In this document: one piece after another, positions 54,701 through 64,000 of the stretch
How positions within the stretch are numbered: the stretch's first letter is position 1
Layout of the letters: each line of letters begins with the position of its first letter
Assembly (NCBI RefSeq): GCF_902652985.1
Contig: NC_047020.1
Span: forward strand, 28,768,001 to 28,832,000
DNA: 64,000 nt
Direction: 5' to 3'
From: Pecten maximus
Lineage: Eukaryota
Notes under the pieces: generated by a model
Told to the model about the DNA's origin: nothing
The model's database searches: none
Seen by the model: only the letters and a program-made list of their open reading frames with translations
Position numbers and translations under genes: made by a program

Positions 54701-57700
54701 GAACATGAACGTTATAACAGTACCTACCTTGTCTGAAGAAACATGTCCCTGTATAATGTGTCCGGTCCCAGGTGAAGACTGGGAATTGGTAGCAGAGGAA
54801 TTGGAAGACACACTTGACATCTGAAACAGGGGATTAACATCTTAACAGCAATTAAACATGCACAATCACAGTGATTCAATTAATAACTATGAAATATATT
54901 ATCACATAATTTTGAAAAAGTAGTCAAGTCCTCTGATATTTTATTTCTGGCATAAAATTTATCCTTCATTATTCTCATGGAAATAGAAATTAAAATATGA
55001 AAACTAATCCAGAAACTAATCAATCAAAAATCTCACCAGAACTCAATCAGAACATACATATATTGTAAAGGAAGTCCATGAAAGATCCCTCCAGAACTGA
55101 ACATGCATATAAAGTTATTCAATTTCACTGTGCTAAACTTGCCAATATTTCGCAGTTGCCTCATTTGTAGCTACAGTAGCATGCAGGTATCACATTTGTG
55201 TATATTTTTGTACAATGTTTGGTGACTGTATTTATATCACCACCTATATAGTGAATATAGCTTTGAGGATGACACAGAAGTGTGTATTTACCATCATGTC
55301 AAAATTATTACCCACCTGACTGATTCCAGAAAGAGCCGGAGATAACAACTTTGGGGATGACCTTTCATCCGAAATCTCCTCATCTGCCACCACCTGCTTC
55401 ATCTTACGTAACGCTTGCATTAATGCATGACTCGCATCAGATTGGTCAATAGGATGGGAGTCACTCTCGCCCTCCGACAAGTCATCTGCATTATACTCTT
55501 CATCCAGAATTGTCCAGGAGTCAGAACTGGACAAGTCAGACAGTTTTGTGCTGTCATTATGGTCGTAATTTTCCGATTGAATTGCCAATTTTGTCTGGCT
55601 TCTCAAGGTCCTCCTAAACACTGATGAACAGTCTGGTTCCTTCGCATCCCCAGAAGCATCCACCAATGGTGACAGTACACTCTCACCTTTCTGTTCACAT
55701 TTCATGAATCTATCTACAGTATCGTGAGATTTTTTCACCTCTGTATAGGCCTTTTCTTCTCCAGCAAGATTTCTAGATGATCTACGCTTCTGTTTTGTAA
55801 GCTTAGATGATTGATCAATACAGTTATCAGGTGGCATTTGAAAATTCTCCTTCCACATTGATGATCGCCGTGCCTTCCGTGGTAATTTTGATGCTTCAAG
55901 AAGGTTGTGTGTGTAAACATCATCATCCATCTGTGGTGTGATATATGTTTTCTCCCCTGTCTGTACAACAGGTGTTATATCACCACCCTGTTCTGTCAAG
56001 CTAGGTTTTAACCCCAATGTCATCTCTTTCTTGGTCAAATAATAAGATTTTCTATAGGGTTGGCTATTAACACTGTCATTTGATTGGCTGTTACCATTAG
56101 CACTGTCATTTGATTGGCTGTTACCATGAGCACTGTCATTTGATTGGCTGTTACCATGAGCACTGTCATTTGATTGGCTACTATCATTGCCCTTTGAAAG
56201 ACTGTTTTCAAATAAGCTGTAATATGTATGATTGTCTCCCTTACCATCAGAAATGTCCTGTTTCCTCATCTTCCTGGACTTCCTTTTCGGTTTCCCAGCC
56301 AGGTTTTCATCTTTCACTGTTTCATCTCCATAGTTGACTTGTCTCTCACCTTCTTTTCCTGAACACTCTTTCCTTTTCTTTCCTCTTGTTGTATTCCCAA
56401 ATGTTGCTGGTTTCAATATTTTTTTCCCTTCTTCTGCTTCCTTAAATGAACTTTCCCTTTGATATTCATTTTCTTGACCTCCATCTATTTTCTTATATAT
56501 TCTCAATCTTTCTTTGTTGTGTAAACTTTTGTCACACTTCAACACCTCTCTGTGCATTTTTTTTTCCTTGTTGAAGACCGGATGAGTGTTAATCTGTCCT
56601 TGTTGTTTTTTTTCTTCCACAAACATATGGTGTTGGTCAATGTCATCAAAGTCGAAGGAGTCATCTGTACGTCTGATGAGCATAGCATTGTAATCATCTT
56701 CAGAGTCATCGTCTTGGTTACAGTCGTCTGCATCACTGCAATCCTGTGACTGTTGGTAGTTGTCATTCCCATCAGTGGAAAAGCTTACTCTCCCCTTCCC
56801 AGCTTTTGTTTTGGGTGTCTCATCAGTCCTATAAATAACAGATAAGACTCAGTAGGGATTTCAAAATAGACCCATCCTATAACATGCAAAGAAAATATTT
56901 CCCGCACTGGTCAGTTTACACAAGATAAACATGCAACAAAATATGTCATATTGAAACATTAAATGGTCATATTTGATATTACAAAATTAAAGCCTTTCGA
57001 TAAGGTTGATACATGGTTTCATTAACCTAAAAACATATCAACAAAGGGCAAAGTCTGAGGTTGAAATTTGTTTCAGGTTGATAAACTTGACCAAAGTTAT
57101 AAGGCTATAATAGTTTTATGATAAAAATACTGTTTTTGATTTTAATAAGCATGCAATACATGAGTATACATGTAATTATAGAGACTGATTTATGGAGCAA
57201 TTGTAAATATTTCATTATATCTTTTAAACATCACACATGTGCAATCAAAAGTAGACTAATATATTAAATTGTATTCACTACACTAATATGATTAATTTAA
57301 TATTCTAACAAACAAAGTTATTGCTTGTCATACTTCAATTGCATTAAAGTTATTTGACAATGTTGGACAATATCAAGGGGAATAAATTCAAAATTAACAA
57401 AGGTAATCAATTTTTAAAATTCCTGTTACTAATATTTTGATATTTTTTCACTCATGCTACGTATACGCACTCATGAAAAATATCAAAATATTAGCTACAC
57501 TCTTGAAATATATTTGGTATTACTGCAAAGACACTGTTAGATATTCTCTATGTATTCATTTGCCAATGAACATTCGTTACCCCCCTGTGTGAGATTGATT
57601 TACCTTTTCCCTAGCAACGAGACGGGATAACCTTGTGAAGTATGTGAGAAAATATAATGACATCAGGTTGATAATTACTTCTTATGACATCAGAGTACAT

Positions 57701-58505
57701 GTCTGCTGTCTTTGCCTACCACATGCAAGATAGAGTTATCTCTTCCCTATTAACAACAGAATCATCCTATGGTCCCTTTGAAGTATGTGAGAAAATTTGA
57801 ATAAATCAATATCAGGCACCAAGAAGACTGTAAAAAGATGTAGTGAAAGCAAAACAACAAAAGTCTGAAAATATATGAAATAACAACTATGAAAGATGCA
57901 GTATACCGTCTTCCTTTCAGGATTCCTTGAGTAGAATGCTCACTTTGAGTGATTTTGGGAACTTTGAGAGGAAGCTTGCTTTTGGTGTAGTTCTTCTGAT
58001 TGAATATGTCAAACTGGCGATGTGGTGGAGACTCAAAGTTTGGACTTTCAAACAATTTGGGACAGAATGTATCCTGGCTATTGTCATTGTTCGGTGATAC
58101 CATTGGTGAACTGTAAAAGTCACTTGTGTACACAGAGTCATTTTTCTTTGGTTGACCATAAACAGGTGAAGCCTTCTGGATGGGTAAGTCCACTGTTTCA
58201 TAACCTATCAGATCACATGTTTCTTCATCAACCATAGCCCTGACATTATGTTTCTTAGGCTTCGATTTGGTGGTCCCCTTCGTCTGTTCTTTGGATGGAG
58301 TTTTGACGAGGACAGATTTTGTGTATGACAATTTTGCCTCCTGTTTCAGTCTGTTCCAGCTCTCCTTAACCTTGCGGCTGATCTGTACTGGGGAGAGGAA
58401 GGGGTAGCGGGACCGGAGCAGTACTTTTTGCTCCTGTTCATACATACGATAACTGACCTTTTGCTGTACCATATATTCATCTTGTCCATCACTATCCCCA
58501 AACAT
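51751..58505 (-). CDS. Uncharacterised protein with N-terminal HMG-box-like domain, GILK and RVSF motifs and a long low-complexity region; 5 coding exons, ~785 aa
   Basis: Exons 58505-57907, 56828-55316, 54820-54728, 53239-53163, 51826-51751 (2358 nt, GT-AG, phases consistent). HMG-like YRMYEQEQKVLLRSRYPFLSPVQISRKVKESWNRLKQEAKLSY; 30-bp coding repeat NSQSNDSAHG x~4 at 56070-56190; ends FSQLFKTKDIFY*. Confidence 0.78.
51985..52300 (-). mobile_element. Truncated 5' part of the same HINE-like family as 28010-29227
   Basis: ccaggtgagcgatacaggcctcttgttt (~52273-52300) and tttaaacacaatcatgttg (~52076-52094) are reverse complements of the 5' region of the 28010 element. Confidence 0.7.
52388..52672 (-). 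mobile_element. tRNA-derived SINE with CORE-like centre
   Basis: Minus strand: tRNA-like head (ctcagtcggtaagagcgccggcc...ggtttgatgc), gtgtccctgggcaagacactttac CORE-like motif, 3' tail aaatgacccttgctgtt. Confidence 0.7.
53681..53894 (-). mobile_element. Full-length tRNA-derived V-domain-like SINE with 11-bp target duplication
   Basis: A/B boxes, V-like centre, (AAAC)-type tail; aactgttgctg at both 53670-53680 and 53895-53905. Confidence 0.9.
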
Positions 58506-58557
58506 CTTGAAGAAATTGTTCAGTTATCAGAAGTACCTGAAAAAGAATACACAGACA

Positions 58558-59222
58558 ACTAGAACTGTCGTCCAGAGGGCCAACTCATACCCCCCGCCCC
58601 TCTGGTGAAGATTTTCCAACAAAAACCTGTGTTTAGTGAACGGATTACCACGGCAACCTAAATTTGTGGGGGAAATGCCTGCATGCAAATGTACACATTA
58701 TGAGTCCCTAACATTCCTGTGTATTTCAAATGAAATCAGTTGATAGGAGTTGTCCGATTTGTCTTAAGAAAGTTATCCACAAGACTCACCCAAAATCGAA
58801 GTATAGTGACCTAGTTACCATGGTAACCACAAAATTACAACATGATATAGATTACGCACATCTGCAATGTATAAGGGTTATTGCCATAAAGTTTTGTTGA
58901 AATTCCTTCAGTAGTTTAGGAAGAATAGCCGGTACATTGTTGTGTCTACAGACTCACCCAAAAAACGAAGTATAGTGACCTGGTGACCATGGTAACCACA
59001 AAATTACAACATGATATAGATAACGAACATCTACAATGTATAAGGGTTATTGCCATAAAGTTTTGTTGAAATTCCCTCAGCAGTTTAGGAGTAGCCGGTA
59101 CATTGTTGTGTCTACAGACGGACGGATGGACGGACAATCTGATTCTAGTATAATTCTCTCCCCCCTCCCCTCCCCCCCCCCCCCCCCCGCTAACGCTAAC
59201 TTCATTGCGGGGGGTATAATAA
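58558..59222 (+). mobile_element. Pearl/HINE-like element
   Basis: 5' aactagaactgtc...tcatacccccc; two ~168-bp core repeats (from ~58783 and ~58950); (GACG)n; 3' hairpin ccccccgc...gcgggggg then tataat. Confidence 0.75.
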
Positions 59223-59984
59223 TTACTGTGTGATAGGACCAAAAACGTGTGTTCGAATCCAGACCAGGTATATCCCAAGCAATAAATCTTTCAGGTTATT
59301 AAAGGTACCCAGATATTAAAGGTTCTCACCGGGTTTTGGATGTTGCCTTTTTGTGTCAATTTTGGAAGAACATTGTAGAATTGAATAACAGGAAAAATTT
59401 TGTGAATTTGGAATAAATATGAAATATTTTAATTGGGAATCATATTGCCCACCCACCCCCCACCCCCTCCCAAAAAAAAAACCGCTGCGTGCCATGCTGT
59501 TTTATGATTAAAGAAGGGAGTAGAGAATGTTTTAAAATGTTGTTTTAATGCATTATGGGGTAACGAAATTCACAAATTAATCCTACTATTTTATTAATTT
59601 TTCAGGTCTGCTGTAAATCTCAAATACTCCTGAAAATGTCCGCATGTTATTAATCAATCCATAATTATCACAGAAAATTGGCCTACAAAGGGACAAAACG
59701 TCATATGCAGCCAAACAGCAGTACTATAACCGAAATTCAATTCAAGTCCCAGCTACCATTCCCATACCATGTAAAACTACAAACATCATTGTAAACTTTG
59801 AGACGTTACAGCCCCATAGCGTTCAGTCCTAAAACCGCTATAACAGTCCTATTTGTTTCGATGGAGGGAATAATCCGCAGTTAGTACTATGCAAATTTGT
59901 GTTTTCTACTGAAGCATTACGCTTTGAACGACGGTACATCACATTAAATAGTTTGATTACCGAAATTTACACTTTTGGTTCATA

Positions 59985-60152
59985 TTTTACCGCCATCTTC
60001 CTACAAAAAACGCTGAAGAGTTCCAATTCTTCGGAATTTCACGCGAGACTTGGAGGAAGTGACGTCATCAGTTGCTATCAAACAAGAAGGTTGGCATGTT
60101 GTTTTGACGTTGTAAGAATGTAAATCAACTGGAAATAACGAAAGTAAGTACC
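59985..60152. promoter_or_regulatory. Compact bidirectional promoter (HMG-box gene / CFAP97)
   Basis: YY1-like cgccatctt 59991-99, tcacgcgaga 60039-48 (one mismatch to TCTCGCGAGA), overlapping ETS-CRE ggaagtgacgtca 60055-67; locally CpG-rich. Confidence 0.6.
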
Positions 60153-61319
60153 ATGGCTGTTATCGGTGGGAAGACGGATTTCACTGCCGATGTATTCGAC
60201 TTCTTTGATACGCCACGGAACGAGGATAATCGCATTCAAGAGAGCACAAAGCCGCGAAAGGCAACAGGTAATTCTGGCAAAGAACCACAAAAACCACCCA
60301 AACATGACGCTTTCCTTGCACAAAAGAGTAAGGCACGAAGCAGCAGGCGGTCACATAGCGATTCTGACTCGTCTCATTCGAGTGACAGTGACGTTAGTGA
60401 TATAGAGACAGATTCTGTTGCTAGTTACAAAAGTGCTGACCGAGTGAAGAACAACAGATCAAGCCCGGGGGTTGTGGTGAAGGGGGAGACGTACAGCGAC
60501 GACAGCTTTACGGATAGCTCCAGTGCCTATTCAGACGAGTCGACAGATGATGAAGAGGATATAATAGAGACGGAACGAGAGAGATTCAGGCAGAAAAATG
60601 AATCCAAAGAGTCTAAATCTAACAGACCTTCGGATTTACAGGTACACAAAACGCCCGTGCATGAGGCAGAATCGTCAAAAAGAGAGGCATGGTCAACTGG
60701 CGGAATTCGCAAAGTAGAAATACATCAACCAAGGTCTGATATGGAGGATCAAGGTGACAGTGGTACTTCTGTTCCTAACAGATCCAGACCTAAGAGTTCA
60801 AAGCCAAGAAGTCGAGGCATCAATACGAGTAATGAACGTTTATTCCGTGAAAGATCAAAGTCTGGTTCAGATAGCGAAATGACCGATGTTTCCCCATTAC
60901 CATCACCTAAACACTCCCCACGCTCACATAATGGACACGTTAATGTGCAATATGATGATGTACCAAACATAAAACTGCAAAATAAACAGTTGGATCTCAG
61001 TGTTCTTATGGATGCTGTTCAGGAAATAGAACGAGAGCAACAACGAAATGAAAGACTAAAAATAAACTCTCGTAGGGTAATGTTTGCACCTCCTAAGGGT
61101 AAGCAGACATCTGAACATGGAAACTTTACATATGATCAAGATCGTGCTAAAACCATAGAGAAGGAAAATCAGAGACTCTTGAAAGAAATCATGAAGCATG
61201 TTGGTCCAAATAAGAAGAAACAGCATCAGCGGGTTGCAGCAGAACCATTTGTTCAAAGGCTGACACCATCTGCTGTAAACAGGAAGCGGGACCAGCGCCG
61301 CATAGAGTCAGAAAACTTG
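60153..61319 (+). CDS. CFAP97: Cilia- and flagella-associated protein 97 (KIAA1430 family), first coding exon; gene continues downstream
   Basis: 389 codons ending at donor TTG/GTAAGT. Motifs DVFDFFD, SEMTDVSPLPSP, LDLSVLMDAV, NFTYDQDRAKTIEKENQRLLKEI, SAVNRKRDQRRIESENL match the family pattern. Confidence 0.85.
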
Positions 61320-64000
61320 GTAAGTCTGTATATTAGTTGTGGGGATACTGATATCTATTTTGTGACAGATTGTGCTAGTGTAAATTTCCTAATACAAATA
61401 AGCAAAGTAATCAAAAACATTCCATCACATATATTGGCATTAATTTACTGAAGGACGCTATGTACTTCACACATACTGTATGGAGATAAGCTGTTAATCT
61501 GGTAGGGTAGTACAATGAGAGATTTATGAAATGAAAGAGGAATACATTCTTTTGCTTTATTGTCTGATTAATTTATTTAAGATCATGAATTTACTACTTT
61601 TTAACTGGTTTGTGAAAAAATATAAGGAAGACAGGTCCAATAAAAAAAATGCAAACTTGCAGAGTGCCAAATAGAGAGTTTAAGTATATTTTCTTGTTCT
61701 TGTATTGTATTTAAAGAATGAGATAGCTTAGGTAGGTATTTATAACTAGTGTAAAAGCAATAAAAAATCTCATTAGAGAGAACTTCCCTCTTTGGCTTGA
61801 TCAGTCAAGTTCAAGGCTAGAAAGCCAGCTAGAGCCTGAGGTCGCTGGGTTTTATCCCTAGCGGAGGCAGGGATTTATATTTAAATAATCATGTACTGAA
61901 TTACATCTTAAGCTTACAAAGATGATCAGACTTAACAATGCTTGCTTGAATAAGACCAAGAATTAAACTGTCTATATAGTAATGAAAATATGGGAGGTCC
62001 AAAACAATAGTCAAATAAAGAGCATATAGTATTTATAATATACTATAAACTTGTAAAAATGGGCAAAGTGATCATGACTTAAATGATTCCATTATTTCCA
62101 CACATCATATATCAGAGCTTGGCTTGACTAAATCCTATTGAATCATGTTACAGTGTTTGAAAGTATAGATGAAAATTCCTTAGACAATTGGTCTACAGAA
62201 AATTTAAATCCCTTAGCCCAAGTCATTTTTCGATAGACCCATTTTGCAAACATATATTATTTAAAGTAGCATAATTATAACTGCATCATGCAAAAGCTTG
62301 CATCATCAAGTTCATACTCACTTAAATGTTTGAAGCCAAAAACACGCTATTCTCAATAAAAACACCTTGATTGTAAACTCTGATTTCATATGATCGTTTG
62401 TCAGAAAATATAGGAATATTGTTTACATGAATTGAAAAGTATTCAAACTTTTCATAGCCATTCGGGCCAACATTTAGAAATTTTACATAGACCGGCCAGG
62501 TTTTCTATAGCCTCGGGCCATCGGATCACCTTTACTTTCGAACACTGCATGTTTCTGTTTCAAAATAGCAAAATAATGTTATAAGTATACCTAGGCCTCC
62601 AGTAGACCCTGCTTTTAGGTATGTGCTTTATATTTTTTGACTCCCCAAAATGAGATTGAGATTTATGTATAAATTTATCTATACCAATTTGATGCAAGTT
62701 ACCATTAAAATGGGCACCATCTTAGATCCCACTATAACTTTCCAAATAGCATTCTATGCAAAGCTGCTGCAGTAGCAATGGATGATACAGGTAAATGTGA
62801 CCGTATTCTTCCCTTTCGTCAGTTTGAAATCACCATATTATGATATAGTTTACTGGAAATATTGCTTTATGACCTTGACCTAGAGGTATATGTTACAATC
62901 AGCGTAATTACAGGATACCTCTGAAAGTGTGGTAATTTAAGCATTTAAGTTTGATCAAACTGCATATAATGCTAAAATCTGAAAAGAAGCAATTAATTGA
63001 ATAATTATATATGAAATACATACATGTACAGGTATGTATCTCAGGTTATTTGAAGGGGTGTAGATTTTAATATTGCACGATTTGAAATAAATCCATAGAT
63101 TATACTTAAATTAAATTACAATGTTACTATGCTATGGCTAGCACTAGTGTACATGTATACATAATATACAAAATTTACCATTGACAACCTAAATGTTATG
63201 TATAGACAGCTGTTCATTGCTAGCTAGCATTCCATATCTTAGCTACAGCCCTAAGTGCAGACTAAAATATCTATACCTTTTCACTTTATTGAAATGACTT
63301 GAGAAAATTACCTTTTTAAAGGTCTCTATACTCTATACAGATAGTGTGATCGTCCAAATATAATATTTAGACATGAATTGAATATCCTATACATATACTG
63401 AAATTGTTATTGTTGGGACTAATCCAACATATACTTAATTTATCATTTAAATACATACAAAAGGTGAAATGTTTTCAAAGGCAATTTCAAATGTCATTTT
63501 ATACCATATCTTTTTAGTTCAGTTTGGAAAGTTTGGAAAGAAACATTAATTCTAATCAGGTATAAATTTGAATTTATACAGCTGAGAAATTAATATTGCA
63601 AAGTAGTTCTAATTTAATTTATCATTTTACTTTTAGCATCTTGACAGCAATTTTCAGAATAGTAATATCAGCAGTGTTCAGTCTTTGTATTCCTATAAAA
63701 TTATAGTTAATATTTGTCTTTCTGTTCAGCTTTTGTACCAGTCCATTTGAAAATGAAACGATTTACAAAGATGACTTTAAATTAATTATAATTAATTGTT
63801 ATAGTGGGTTCTAAGCAATTCAGTACCGATTTTTTGTTCTAGCTACAATAAACTATCTTATTTTTCAAGTTGACAATTCAATTACACTTAAACACTGGTT
63901 ATTTTCAAATTTAAGATATGTAAGAAGTAAAATTATTGACAGATTTTTTACCAGGTTTTATATCGCCTACCAGATACTATATTTATATACAGGATTAATT

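Noticed and set aside
61790-61880. Degenerate tRNA-like or SINE head
   Set aside because: Too decayed to classify.
61320-64000. Second CFAP97 coding exon
   Set aside because: No convincing in-frame exon found; it probably lies beyond the window.

Overview
AT-rich, intron-rich animal genomic DNA; the repeat types (tRNA-derived V/CORE-like SINEs, pearl/HINE-like elements) point to a bivalve mollusc (inference). The first ~26 kb has no recognisable host gene but holds an internally deleted mariner, a 2.6 kb foldback with a 51-bp minisatellite core, an apparently intact 5.5 kb Sola-type DNA transposon (perfect 30-bp TIRs, ATAT target duplication, 7-exon ~690 aa transposase) and large minisatellites, two of which are inverted relative to each other. 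The rest has four host genes that I spliced by hand, in two divergent pairs: FAM114A2-like (-, 14 coding exons, 768 aa) / ZMAT2 (+, 6 exons, 203 aa), and an uncharacterised HMG-box protein with PP1-type motifs (-, 5 coding exons, 785 aa) / CFAP97 (+, first coding exon only). The most unusual structure is in FAM114A2, where tandem arrays are built from its own exon junctions: ~47 copies of one 3' splice site inside a GC-AG intron, a duplicated acceptor, a duplicated donor and an amplified stop-codon region. The gene also has a near-identical duplicated exon. All gene models are manual predictions without transcript data.
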